Source: Dehalococcoidia bacterium
Lineage (GTDB): Bacteria > Chloroflexota > Dehalococcoidia > Lucifugimonadales > UBA3495
Assembly (NCBI GenBank): GCA_965215425.1
Contig: OZ244064.1
Location: forward strand, 2,362,319 to 2,426,318
DNA: 64,000 nucleotides
Reading direction: 5' to 3'
Positions 55,035 to 64,000 of this stretch are shown here, one piece after another (positions within the stretch are counted from its first letter, which is position 1; every line of letters starts with the position of its first letter). The translations under genes and the position numbers were made by a program. Below the pieces are notes generated by a model. That model was not told where the DNA came from. It was given only the letters and a program-made list of their open reading frames with translations, and did not search any database.

Positions 55035-56168
55035 TTACCCCACTACCGCCACTTCCACCGAGTTGACCGGCGGCAGGTACTCTACCAGCAGTCGCCAGCT
55101 ATCGCCGTCGTCTCGGCTGTAGAAAATCTGGCCGTTGGTAGTTCCCAGGTAAATCCCCGCCGGCTCCAGAGTGTCGACGGCCATACCCTCCCGGAGGGCG
55201 TGGAGGTAAGCGTTTTGCTGGGGCAGGCCCCGGGTTAACGATTCCCAGGTCCGACCGCCGTCGCGACTCCGGAACACCCGGAACCTGGCTTCGGTAACGT
55301 AACGCAAGCCGCCCCCCACATCGTCCCCCAATGCCGCGTCCTCGGGCAGCACGTAGATGGTGTCCGGGTCTTGGGGATGCAGTCCCAGGACAAAGCCAAA
55401 GCGGGAAGGCAGACCCTCGGTGATGTCCTGCCAGTCGGCGCCGCCGTTGTCGCTGCGATAGACCCCGCAGTGATTCTGTTGGTAGAGCAAATCGGGCCGG
55501 GCCGGGTGGGCCAGCAGCTTGTGAACACATTGGCCCCATTCTGGGTAACGATTGCCGGGGTCATAGTCGGCGCGTACTCCCTTATTGGTGGGCTGCCAGC
55601 TTTCCCCGGCATCTTCGCTGCGGAAAACGCCCACGGCGGAGATGCCTACCCACATCCGATTGGCCCGGTAACGGTCGGGGGCGATGCTGTGCAGGCACAA
55701 GCCGCCCAATCCCGGTTGCCAGTGTTCCCGGGTAGAGTGGCCGGACAGTCCGACCAGTTCCCGCCAGGTATCTCCGTCATCTTCGGACTTAAAGAGGGCC
55801 GCCGGTTCCACGCCGGCGTAGAGGGTTGCCGGCTCGGTAGCCCGCCCCGGCTCGATATGCCACAGGCGGTTGACCGTCCGGCCCCCGTCGCCGGCAAAAC
55901 GGGGCTGCTCCCGGGCCGTTTCCCAGGAATGGCCCAAGTCCCGGCTGAACTCGACTTGCGGCCCAAACCACATACTGTTGACGGCGGCGAAAATCCGGCC
56001 CCCGTTGCGGCCATCGTAAGTCAAGTGAAAGACATCGCTGCCGGGACTGTAGGGGCCATAAAGCTGCCAGTCCTGGCGGGCCCGGTCGGTGTGCAAGACA
56101 AAGGCGCCTTTGCGCGTGCCGGCCAGCAACAGCACGTCGCCCCGGCGCGCCGGGATTCCCTGGTGCAT
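55035..56168 (-). CDS. BNR/Asp-box repeat beta-propeller protein (sialidase/Ycf48-like fold)
   Basis: Repeated SxDxGxTW-type boxes: SRDLGHSW, SEDDGDTW, SEDAGESW, SDNGGADW, SRDGGRTW, SRDDGDSW. Confidence 0.75.
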   Translation of the reverse strand: MHQGIPARRGDVLLLAGTRKGAFVLHTDRARQDWQLYGPYSPGSDVFHLTYDGRNGGRIFAAVNSMWFGPQVEFSRDLGHSWETAREQPRFAGDGGRTVNRLWHIEPGRATEPATLYAGVEPAALFKSEDDGDTWRELVGLSGHSTREHWQPGLGGLCLHSIAPDRYRANRMWVGISAVGVFRSEDAGESWQPTNKGVRADYDPGNRYPEWGQCVHKLLAHPARPDLLYQQNHCGVYRSDNGGADWQDITEGLPSRFGFVLGLHPQDPDTIYVLPEDAALGDDVGGGLRYVTEARFRVFRSRDGGRTWESLTRGLPQQNAYLHALREGMAVDTLEPAGIYLGTTNGQIFYSRDDGDSWRLLVEYLPPVNSVEVAVVG

Positions 56169-56231
56169 CAGGCAACCTCCCTAGTTGTCGATGGGTAGTT
56201 GTTGATGGGTCTAACCCCATCATTCTAACCA

Positions 56232-57197
56232 CTAGGGAATCAGGATTACCTTGCCTTGGGAGCCACGATTTGACAGATGTTCGTGGGCTTTGGCCGCCTC
56301 GGACATGGGCAGCACCCGGTCCACCACCAACCGGACCTTCCCCTGGGCCAGCAGAGGAAACAACTCGGCCATCGCCGCCGGGTGGTCCAGCCGGCCCAGG
56401 GGCGACCGGCCCATGCTGAACCCGATGACGGTACGGTTGGCGGCGAAGATGTCGGCTCCAGCCAGAGACGCCGCCGTTCCGGAGGCGTTGCCGAAGGAAA
56501 TCAGCTTGCCGTAAGAGGCTACGCAGCGGACGCTCTTTTCCAGCACCGGGCCGCCGACGCACTCCAGGACCAACTCTACCCCATTGCCGCCGGTAAGCTG
56601 GCGCACCTCTTCCTCAAAATCCTGAGCCAGGTAGTTGATCGTTTCGTCGGCGCCCAGGGAGCGGGTCAAATCCAGCTTTTCCGGCGAGGAGGCAGTGGTA
56701 ATGACGCGGGCGCCCCAGGCTTTAGCCAGTTGTATCGCCACCGTGCCTACGCCGGAGGCGCCGGCCTGAATCAACACCGTGTCCCCCGGTTGTAGCTGTC
56801 CCCGGGTCCGCAACAGGTGGTAGGCGGTCAGGAAGACGATGGGCATTCCCCCGGCTTGCACCGGGTCAATGGTCTCCGGGTAAGGGAAAACGTAGTTGGC
56901 GTTTACCGCCACGTATTCCGCGTTGCCCTGTGGCCCCATGGCCATCACTCGCTGGCCCACGGCGATGCCGGTTACTCCCTCGCCCAACTCAGTTACGGTG
57001 CCGGCGGCCTCCAGTCCCAGGGTGGAGGGCAGGTCGGGGCCGGGATAATTGCCCTGCCGTCGCATGATGTCGGCGTAGTTGACGCCGGAGGAATCCACTT
57101 TGATCAACACTTGCCCGGGCCGGGGCGCCGGCTCGGGTACGTCGGCCCACTGCAATACGTCCAGACCACCGAATTCTTCAATTCTTACCGCTTTCAT
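56232..57197 (-). CDS. NADPH:quinone oxidoreductase (zeta-crystallin-type MDR)
   Basis: MKAVRIEEFGG...VLIKVDSSGVNYADIMRRQGNYP...QAGASGVGTVAIQLAK. Confidence 0.8.
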   Translation of the reverse strand: MKAVRIEEFGGLDVLQWADVPEPAPRPGQVLIKVDSSGVNYADIMRRQGNYPGPDLPSTLGLEAAGTVTELGEGVTGIAVGQRVMAMGPQGNAEYVAVNANYVFPYPETIDPVQAGGMPIVFLTAYHLLRTRGQLQPGDTVLIQAGASGVGTVAIQLAKAWGARVITTASSPEKLDLTRSLGADETINYLAQDFEEEVRQLTGGNGVELVLECVGGPVLEKSVRCVASYGKLISFGNASGTAASLAGADIFAANRTVIGFSMGRSPLGRLDHPAAMAELFPLLAQGKVRLVVDRVLPMSEAAKAHEHLSNRGSQGKVILIP

Positions 57198-57297
57198 CTC
57201 TTCTCTCCGTTGCCGGCTCGCCGGCGCCGGGCCGGAATCAAGGCGGGCCGGCTCGGGGTTTACTGGTCAATTCCTGAAGGTTGCGCTGAAGGAAGCA

Positions 57298-58284
57298 TCA
57301 GGTTTGACTGCGTCGTTGGGGGGCCGTCAAGACCTCCGGGTTAATCACCCGCACCGGTTCGCCGGCGGCGTAGGCGCGGATGTCCTCGATGGCTCCGGTA
57401 TAGAAGGCCCGGTAGCCCTCCTCGGTTACATAGCCCAGGTGGGGAGCAATTAGCGTATTTTCCAGTTCCAGGAAGGGGTGGCCCGGGGGTAGCGGCTCTA
57501 CGTCAAAGGTGTCCAGGGCCGCCCCGGCGATGGTTTTCCGGCGGAGGGCGTCAACCAGCGCGGCCTCGTCCACGATGGGGCCGCGGGAGATGTTTACCAG
57601 GTAGGCAGTGGGCTGCATCAGCGCTAACTCCCGTTCTCCCACCAGACCCCGGGTGCGTTCGCTGAGGCGCAGGTGCACCGAGGCAATGTCCGAGTCTCGG
57701 AACAGGGTATCCTTGTCCACCAGCGTGGCCTGGCATTCGGCAGCGCGCTCGGCAGTTAAGTTCTGGCTCCAGGCAATTACCTTCATGTCGAAAGCGTTGC
57801 CCACCCGGGCCATCCGGCCGCCGATGTGGCCTAACCCAATCAGGCCCAGGGTCTTACCCTTCAGCCCCACCCCCAGGGTAGTTTGCCAGTGGCCCTCCCG
57901 GGTCAGCCGGTCTTCCCGGGGTATTTTCCGCAGCAGACCGATGATCAGGCCCCAGGTCAGTTCGGTAGGGCCTTCCCCGGCGCCGCCGGTGCCGCAGACC
58001 AGGATGCCCAGGTCGGTGGCTGCCGCCACGTCGAAGGAAGCATTTCGGCCCCCGGTGGTTATCAGCAGGCGCAGTTCCGGCAGTTGGGACAGCAGGGAGT
58101 GGGGAAAGGGAGTACGCTCCCGCATCCCGATGACTGCCTGAAAGTCCTTCAGCCGCTCCACCAGACTTCCCACCTCAGCCAGGTGGTCGGAGAAAACCTC
58201 CATTTCCGAGCCTGGAGGCAGCGCCGACCAGTCGGCCATTTGCCGGGCCACACCCTGGTAGTCATCCAAAACCGCTATCTTCAT
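57298..58284 (-). CDS. D-isomer-specific 2-hydroxyacid dehydrogenase family protein
   Basis: GLIGLGHIGGRMA (NAD motif)...NISRGPIVDE...HLGYVT. Confidence 0.8.
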   Translation of the reverse strand: MKIAVLDDYQGVARQMADWSALPPGSEMEVFSDHLAEVGSLVERLKDFQAVIGMRERTPFPHSLLSQLPELRLLITTGGRNASFDVAAATDLGILVCGTGGAGEGPTELTWGLIIGLLRKIPREDRLTREGHWQTTLGVGLKGKTLGLIGLGHIGGRMARVGNAFDMKVIAWSQNLTAERAAECQATLVDKDTLFRDSDIASVHLRLSERTRGLVGERELALMQPTAYLVNISRGPIVDEAALVDALRRKTIAGAALDTFDVEPLPPGHPFLELENTLIAPHLGYVTEEGYRAFYTGAIEDIRAYAAGEPVRVINPEVLTAPQRRSQT

Positions 58285-58308
58285 TGGGAAAGCTCCGGTT
58301 AAATGAGG

Positions 58309-59358
58309 CTATTTGAAGGCCGGGGCAACGTCCCTGGCCAGGATTTCCATGCTGCGCATTACCCGGTCGGGCGAAATAAGCCCGCCGGGGTTAAGCTCGG
58401 CGATGATGCTTTTGAGTCCCAGTTCCTCGTCCAGTTCGGTTATCCGTTCGATCAGCCCCGGGGCCGAGCCAAAAGCGACTTTGGTTTTCAGCATCTTCTC
58501 GAAGGTCAGGTTGGCCAAACGGTCGCCCCGGCCCCGGCGCAGTTCCGTGGCTTCGGTGCCGGCGCTCCCCGCCGACTCCCGGTACATGGCGCTCATCCGG
58601 TCAAAGTAGGCGCGGATGCTTTCGTCAGGTTCTTCCAAGGCCGCTTTTTCGGTCTCGCCGGCATACACCGGAATACGCAGTGAGACGTCGCCGTCGCCGG
58701 GATGGCCGGCCTCGCGCCAGGCTTTGCGATACTCCTTGAGGTTGACTTGCAGGTCGGGTACATCCATCCCCCGCAGTCCCACGAATAGGGGCATACCGCG
58801 CTGCCCCATGCGGGGAAAGGTCTCCTCGGTAGTAGCGGCGACCCGCAGGGGCGGGTGGGGCAAGCTGTAAGGTTGGGGAGCTACGCTGGCATTATCGAAG
58901 TGGAAGTATTCGCCGTGATAGGAAAAGGTCTCGCCTTTCCAGGCGTCCAGGATAATTTCCAGGGCCTCCTCGAAACGCCCCCGGCTTTCTCCATAGGGTA
59001 TGCCGTAGATGTCATAGGAGCGGGGAAAGGCGCTGCGACCAATGCCGAAGTCGAACCGCCCCTCGGCAATTTGGTCCACCGTCGCTACTTCTTCGGCGAT
59101 GCGCAGCGGGTTGTTCAGGGGCAGTACCGATACCGCCATCCCTACTCGCAGCCGCCGGGTTCGGCTAGCAATGGAACTGGCAATGACCGCCGGGGCGGAC
59201 AGGACGGAACGGGTCGGGGCGAAGTGAATCTCGGCCAGCCAGGCTTCGTCCAGCCCCCACTTCTCGGCGGCGTCCACCAGGCTGAACCCTTCCTGAAAGG
59301 CGGCGGACTGGCTGGCGCCCTCCCGCCGCTCAAACTGCATAAAGATCCCGAAATCCAT
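58309..59358 (-). CDS. LLM-class (luciferase-like) flavin-dependent oxidoreductase
   Basis: MDFGIFMQF...AWLAEIHF...RLRVGMAVSVLPLNNPLRIAEEVATVDQIAEGRFDFGIGRS. Confidence 0.8.
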   Translation of the reverse strand: MDFGIFMQFERREGASQSAAFQEGFSLVDAAEKWGLDEAWLAEIHFAPTRSVLSAPAVIASSIASRTRRLRVGMAVSVLPLNNPLRIAEEVATVDQIAEGRFDFGIGRSAFPRSYDIYGIPYGESRGRFEEALEIILDAWKGETFSYHGEYFHFDNASVAPQPYSLPHPPLRVAATTEETFPRMGQRGMPLFVGLRGMDVPDLQVNLKEYRKAWREAGHPGDGDVSLRIPVYAGETEKAALEEPDESIRAYFDRMSAMYRESAGSAGTEATELRRGRGDRLANLTFEKMLKTKVAFGSAPGLIERITELDEELGLKSIIAELNPGGLISPDRVMRSMEILARDVAPAFK

Positions 59359-59618
59359 AGTTTCCTCCCGCCGGCGCGGAATGAATTGCCGTCGAATGTA
59401 TTTGACCGGGCCGGCCCCTTGGCTTGCCCCTGAGCCGGGCGCAAAACCGCCCGGGGCAGAAAATAGCCGAGGGCCGAAAAACCCAGCGCTGGATTAGAGT
59501 CTGGGTCGGGGTCGAGGAAGGGCAGGCGCTTCGGATACCAGTTAAGCACATACCGGCTAGAGGGTCAAGCTGAACTCCAACCCGCCGGAGCGCCAGCGCA
59601 ACGGACTTGGGGCGGGGG

Positions 59619-59653
59619 TAAAAAGGCGAGCCATCCGATAAGGATGGCTCGCC
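59619..59653 (-). terminator. intrinsic terminator downstream of the SBP gene
   Basis: Minus strand: GGCGAGCCATCC, loop ttatc, GGATGGCTCGCC, then TTTTT. Confidence 0.8.
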
Positions 59654-59685
59654 GGGGACGTTGGCTAACCGAAAGGACGAAAGGA

Positions 59686-61611
59686 CTACTTCCCGCCGGG
59701 GACACCGGTTGTTTGGCCGCTGTAGCCAGTGTCGTCCTTGTGGGCCGGGTCAATCCACATATGCGCCCAGCGCAGGTGGCTGGAAGTAGGTCCGGGGAAG
59801 TGGGAGTAGCCCCGCACTTCGGGCCAGAAGGCGACCGCCTCTTCCTCCCAGAAAACCGGCCAGTTCCAGTATTGGGACATCAAGTGCAGTTGGAGTTTAT
59901 GGCCCAGTTCCTTGCGGTCGGCCGGTTCGGTGAGTTGACTCAGTTCCTGGAACATTGCCTCCGCCGTTGCGTCGCAATCAGTTCCGGGGGTCTGGAAATT
60001 GAACAGGCTGTCGCAACGGTGGTAATGGCCCAATCCCAGGTAGGGGTCATCGACGCCGGCTACGCCGCCGGTAGAGCCCATAAAGTCTCCCCAGTCGCCG
60101 GCCTGGCGGGACTTGCGGTAGGCGACGGTTTCGACCGTGTCGAAATCGGTCTTGATTCCCAGCAGACGCAACTGCTCCTGCATAAAGGTGGCGCGGCCAA
60201 CCCGCTGGGCGTCGCTTTCTACAGTCAAGACGTAGGTCTTGTCGAAATCGAAGTTTTCTTCCTTCAGGATTTGGATGGCTTCGGCTCGCTGGGCTTCCAT
60301 ATCTGCCGGTTGACACCAGCCGGGGACGCCACAAGCGTCGGCTTCGGACAGGGCCCAGGGGCTTCCCGGCGGCATCAGACCCAACCCGATGGAACCGTAG
60401 CCGGCCAGGGAAACGGCGATGCCGGTTTTCCGGTCCATACCCATGGCGATGGCCTGGCGGATCCGCACGTTGTCCAGGGGCGGCTTGCGGGTGTTCAGCC
60501 ACAGGTTTTCGCTGCTCCGCGTGGCCCGGATTACGGTTTGGATTTGATCGTGGGACACGTACTGGTCGTATTGACCAAAATTGCGTACCCAGTGCCAATC
60601 GGTTTGGTGGGCCAGCATAGAGGCCTGTTGCGCGGATTCATCAAGGATGCCAAAGATGACCAGGTTATCCACATAGGGCAGCCCTTCGATGTGGTAGTTG
60701 GGGTTCCGCTCAAAATCCTGCTCATCAAAGCCTACGGACTGACCCTCGGCCCAGATGAAGGGGCCGGTTCCCACCGAGACGTCCTGAAACATGGCATCCT
60801 CCCCGCCGGCCAGGAACCATTCCTTGTTGAATATCATCGCGGCGGGGTTGCCGAAGCTGAGCAGCGGAACGGCAGAGGGTGCGGTAAACCGGAATTTCAA
60901 CGTGGATTCGTCCGCGCATTCCAGCAGGTTCAAGTCCACGTCGCTGAGCCGGTTCTTCATGTAAGAGCCGGTAATCCCCTCCTCGGTGATCATTATTTCG
61001 TAGCTATACCGGGCATCCTCACAGGTGAAGGCGGCCCCATTGTGCCACTGCACGCCATCCCGAAGGTAAAAGGTTACGCCCTGAAGGTCGTCATCGACGC
61101 TCCAGCCGTAGGCCAGGCCCGGGATGAATGGAGCGGAGGAATCATAGGGGTTGTCTTGAATCAAACCGTCGTGCGTCGGCACCCGGTATCGGATGGCGGC
61201 GCCGGTGCGGGCGCCCCAGGCATTGGCGTGCTCCAGCGGGTCTTCGTAGTTAATGCGCAGGGTGCCGCCATACACCGGTTGGCCGTAAAAGTCGGTGGCC
61301 GGTTTCCAATAGGACTCGAAGCTGGGGGCTTGCTGCGGCCCGGCTACTGATTCCGCCGCCGGCGCCAGGGCCTCCTGGGCCACGGTGGTTGGCGTGGCGA
61401 CCGGCTGTTCCGCCGGCGCGGCCGGTTGTTGGGCCGGCGCGGCCGGTTCCTGGGCCGGCGCGGCCGGTTGTTGGGCCGGCGCCGCCTCGGGTTGCGCTGC
61501 CGGCGCTTCCGCCGGCGCCTCGGCCGACCCGCAGGCGACCAGGAACAGCAGACTTAATACCATTGCGACGTATATAAACCGCCAGGGTTTCCCGGTTCGG
61601 TGCCTTTTCAT
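59686..61611 (-). CDS. ABC transporter substrate-binding lipoprotein (family 5, peptide/opine/nickel type)
   Basis: Signal peptide plus lipobox (LLFLVACGS), an Ala/Pro/Gln-rich linker, and an SBP_bac_5-like body of typical length. Confidence 0.8.
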   Translation of the reverse strand: MKRHRTGKPWRFIYVAMVLSLLFLVACGSAEAPAEAPAAQPEAAPAQQPAAPAQEPAAPAQQPAAPAEQPVATPTTVAQEALAPAAESVAGPQQAPSFESYWKPATDFYGQPVYGGTLRINYEDPLEHANAWGARTGAAIRYRVPTHDGLIQDNPYDSSAPFIPGLAYGWSVDDDLQGVTFYLRDGVQWHNGAAFTCEDARYSYEIMITEEGITGSYMKNRLSDVDLNLLECADESTLKFRFTAPSAVPLLSFGNPAAMIFNKEWFLAGGEDAMFQDVSVGTGPFIWAEGQSVGFDEQDFERNPNYHIEGLPYVDNLVIFGILDESAQQASMLAHQTDWHWVRNFGQYDQYVSHDQIQTVIRATRSSENLWLNTRKPPLDNVRIRQAIAMGMDRKTGIAVSLAGYGSIGLGLMPPGSPWALSEADACGVPGWCQPADMEAQRAEAIQILKEENFDFDKTYVLTVESDAQRVGRATFMQEQLRLLGIKTDFDTVETVAYRKSRQAGDWGDFMGSTGGVAGVDDPYLGLGHYHRCDSLFNFQTPGTDCDATAEAMFQELSQLTEPADRKELGHKLQLHLMSQYWNWPVFWEEEAVAFWPEVRGYSHFPGPTSSHLRWAHMWIDPAHKDDTGYSGQTTGVPGGK

Positions 61612-62184
61612 GGTTAACCCTCCTTTGCGTGTCGCGGGTTAGCAGATTGGATGGCCGGCGCCGGGGGCGAGTACCACTTGGGGTTCGTTGAGAAGATTCG
61701 TTGACCGGCATACCCGGGAGATTGGTTGTCAATGGGCCAATGGGCTGCCAATGGGCCGGGCGGCTTGCCGGGCCGCAGTTATGACGCCACGCCATCCTAG
61801 CTGGGACTGGGGCTGCTCAGGAACGATATTTTCTATGTCTTCACCTCCCTGATGGTTATATGGACAGTTCCGATTATTCGCTCTACTTATATAGATCAAT
61901 AATATAGATATTGGGATGATATATGAACTGATAACGGCATTATAAGTAGCATTTATTGCCGATGTCAAATAGTTATGGATGCATATCAATGGCGTTTCGT
62001 TTGCGCCAGGCTCGCCTTTCCCGGCGACCCCGGCGATTTACACCTTTTCCGGCCAATGCTACTATTAGCCCAACCGGGGCCGGGCGTTGTCCCCTCGCCT
62101 GAAAACTTGCAAAAACCGGTAGTATTAGCCCAGCCGGGGCCGGGCGTGGCGCCACCGCCCATTGCGTTCCGCCGGAGGTTCAGA

Positions 62185-63405
62185 ATGAATTCCAGGGATT
62201 ACGACGTTGTAATAATTGGCGGCGGGATTATCGGGCTTGCCACTGCCATGCAGTTGACCCGCCGGTTTCCCCGGGGTTGCCGGGTGGCAGTGCTGGAGAA
62301 GGAGAAGGAACTGGCTACCCACCAGACCGGACACAACAGCGGGGTGATTCATTCCGGCATTTACTACCGGCCCGGTTCCCAGAAATCCCGGTTCTGCGTG
62401 GGCGGCTCCCGGGCGCTGGTGCGGTTTTGCGAGGAGAACGAGATTGAATTTGAGAAGTGCGGCAAGATTATTGTGGCTACCGACGAATCGGAGCTGCCAC
62501 GCCTGGAGGCGCTTTACGAGCGAGGCGTAGCCAACGGCGTGCCGGGCCTGGAGATGATTGGCCCGGAACGTTTGCGGGAAATTGAACCGTACACTTCGGG
62601 CCGGCGGGCGTTATGGTCGCCGGAAACCGGCATAATTGACTATGTCCGGGTATCGGCGGCCTATGCCGCCAGGTTCCAGGAGTATGGCGGGGATGTTTAC
62701 ACGGAATCGCCGGTGCGTGCCATTAACGGTTTTTCCGGCTCGATGTCCGTCGAAACCACCAGAGGATCGCTGCGGGCCAGGCACGTCATTAACTGTGCCG
62801 GCCTTTACGCCGACCGGGTGGCGGCAATGATGGGCGAGGAAACCGGCGTTCGCATCATCCCGTTCCGCGGCGAGTATTACACTTTGCACCCGGAAAGTCG
62901 GCGCCTGGTTAACGGCTTGATTTACCCGGTGCCGGATCCCCGCTTCCCTTTCCTGGGCGTCCACTACACCCGCAACATTCACGGCCACGTGGAGGCCGGG
63001 CCTAATGCCGTTCTGGCCTTTGCCCGGGAAGGTTACCGCAAGAACGACATTGACTTGGCCGAATCCCTGGGCACCTTTGCGTATCCGGGTTTCTGGAAAA
63101 TGACCGCCAAGCACTGGCGTACCGGCCTGGGGGAAATGCACCGTTCCTACAGCAAACAGGTATTTGTCCGCGACCTCCAGAAGCTGATACCCCAAATCAA
63201 GGAATCGGACCTGGCCCCCGGCGGCGCCGGGGTGCGCGCTCAGGCCGTCTCCGCCACTGGCGCCCTTCTGGACGATTTCGCCATCCTGCGCGGTCAGAGG
63301 GCGATTCATGTTCTGAATGCCCCCTCCCCCGGAGCTACGTCCTCCCTGGCGATCGGCGAGCATATCGCAGACCTGGCCGTAGAATCCTTTGGACTGGCCG
63401 CCTGA
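62185..63405 (+). CDS. lhgO: L-2-hydroxyglutarate oxidase/dehydrogenase (FAD-dependent)
   Basis: YDVVIIGGGIIGLATAMQL...HQTGHNSGVIHSGIYY...IIPFRGEYY...LIYPVPDPRFPFLGVH...GPNAVLAFAREGYRK...GVRAQAV...NAPSPGATSSL is collinear with my recollection of E. coli LhgO. ATG 62185 follows GGAGG. Confidence 0.85.
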   Translation: MNSRDYDVVIIGGGIIGLATAMQLTRRFPRGCRVAVLEKEKELATHQTGHNSGVIHSGIYYRPGSQKSRFCVGGSRALVRFCEENEIEFEKCGKIIVATDESELPRLEALYERGVANGVPGLEMIGPERLREIEPYTSGRRALWSPETGIIDYVRVSAAYAARFQEYGGDVYTESPVRAINGFSGSMSVETTRGSLRARHVINCAGLYADRVAAMMGEETGVRIIPFRGEYYTLHPESRRLVNGLIYPVPDPRFPFLGVHYTRNIHGHVEAGPNAVLAFAREGYRKNDIDLAESLGTFAYPGFWKMTAKHWRTGLGEMHRSYSKQVFVRDLQKLIPQIKESDLAPGGAGVRAQAVSATGALLDDFAILRGQRAIHVLNAPSPGATSSLAIGEHIADLAVESFGLAA

Positions 63406-63450
63406 TCGAGCCTGGTTGGGGAAAGTCGCCCTTCCACCCCTCTGGAGTGG

Positions 63451-63480
63451 TTGCCCGGCGCCCTTTGGGGTAAGTATAAT
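63451..63480 (+). promoter_or_regulatory. candidate promoter for the hotdog-fold gene
   Basis: TTGCCC (63451-63456), 18 nt, TATAAT (63475-63480). Confidence 0.35.
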
Positions 63481-63531
63481 CGGCAAGGGTAATAGAGCCG
63501 GGCGGCGAGAGGCAGAAAAGGGAACACCGGA

Positions 63532-63921
63532 TTGGAACCCTTAACCGGGGCCGAGATGGAATTGGGCAGTTGGAGCCTGACCGGGGAGGCGGTGCGTCGC
63601 TATCTGGAGGCGGTGGGCGACGACTTGGATTTATACCTTCGACAAGGACTGGTTCCTCCTCTGGTCCTGTCTGCCTATGCGTTGGGGGCGTTGCTGGAGA
63701 AGCTCGCCCTGCCGCCGGGGACCATCCACAGCATTCAGGAAATGGACGCAGTGTTGCCGGTATCCATTGGCGAAGACATCACCGGCGCAGCGGTGGTGGA
63801 GCGCCCCCGCCGCCGGGGGGCTTGGCAGTTCACTACCGTGACCTATACTCTGAAAGATAAGATGGGCGCAACGGTGCAGACCGGCAGGACGACGGTGCTG
63901 GTCCCGGCAGGCGACGAGTAG
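63532..63921 (+). CDS. MaoC-like/hotdog-fold dehydratase subunit (N-terminal-type)
   Basis: 129 aa. LTGEAVRRYLEAVGDD...IHSIQEMDAVLPV... is hotdog-like. The start is TTG 63532 or ATG 63556. Confidence 0.55.
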   Translation: MEPLTGAEMELGSWSLTGEAVRRYLEAVGDDLDLYLRQGLVPPLVLSAYALGALLEKLALPPGTIHSIQEMDAVLPVSIGEDITGAAVVERPRRRGAWQFTTVTYTLKDKMGATVQTGRTTVLVPAGDE

Positions 63922-63925
63922 GCGA

Positions 63926-64000
63926 TGCCAACGGCGACCCGGCCGGAGTTGACCCCTTCCCGTCATTCCAGCGAAAGCCGGGAGCCACCCCCGACTCACG
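63926..64000 (+). CDS. possible start of a second (partial) ORF after the hotdog gene
   Basis: An ATG lies 4 nt after the previous stop and the frame is open to the window end. Only 25 low-complexity codons are visible. Confidence 0.2.

Noticed and set aside
59644-61350. 568-aa plus-strand ORF
   Set aside because: It is antisense to the substrate-binding lipoprotein gene, which has a clear signal peptide, lipobox and terminator.
61385-61642. Plus-strand ORFs rich in AGAAGCWAGAA repeats
   Set aside because: They are antisense to the Ala/Pro/Gln linker (PAAPAQQP repeats) of the substrate-binding lipoprotein.
18895-62148. CRISPR-like geometry of ~28-bp repeats with ~33-bp spacers (period 60-62 bp)
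   Set aside because: Each locus has only two copies and the repeat sequences differ between loci. Several overlap coding sequence or stop codons, and no cas genes are in the window.
63631-63999. 122-aa minus-strand ORF (MSRGWLPAFAGMTGRG...)
   Set aside because: It is antisense to the hotdog-fold gene. The PAFAGMTG-type peptide is a familiar artefact of translating GC-rich hairpin-like sequence.

Overview
All calls come from reading the sequence and the supplied ORF track by eye; no searches were run. This is a GC-rich bacterial chromosomal window with about 55 credible protein genes. The many long ORFs antisense to them are GC artefacts. The gene content and cis-elements suggest a Chloroflexota-like aerobic heterotroph (inference only): a T-box leader, a CIRCE operator, a TPP riboswitch with an intrinsic terminator, several CaiB/BaiF CoA-transferases, crotonases and an LLM oxidoreductase.

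Recognisable core genes:
- nifS-like cysteine desulfurase, pepC, pepN, metH
- ilvB behind a T-box
- leuC and leuD, split by an inserted Uma2 nuclease gene
- groES-groEL behind a TTGACA promoter plus CIRCE
- thiG-thiE-thiS behind a TPP riboswitch
- panD, panE, lhgO, and an ABC substrate-binding lipoprotein

Accessory or unusual content:
1. A translationally coupled pair: an atypical Hsp70-like ATPase and a 637-aa protein with a GrpE-like C-terminus and a CarD/TRCF-like N-terminus. It has its own promoter and no J-protein or CIRCE. This is my top candidate for an undescribed system.
2. A panD gene overlapping a sarcosine/dimethylglycine-type N-methyltransferase gene, followed by a second methyltransferase. 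This may be a beta-alanine betaine operon. It sits behind a ~720-bp leader.
3. A complete ISAs1-family IS with 18-bp inverted repeats, a 10-bp target duplication and a frameshifted transposase.
4. A lower-GC GmrSD-type (DUF262/DUF1524) type IV restriction gene wedged into an acyl-CoA operon.
5. A small islet of uncharacterised genes: an RHH protein, two lipoproteins, a possible nuclease and a frameshifted NYN gene.
6. Tandem CoA-transferase A / B-A fusion / B genes.
7. An orphan KxDG RNA-ligase-like gene.
8. A recurring pattern of 23-29 bp direct repeats spaced 60-72 bp apart (one locus expanded to 3.6 x 70 bp), which often duplicate gene ends.
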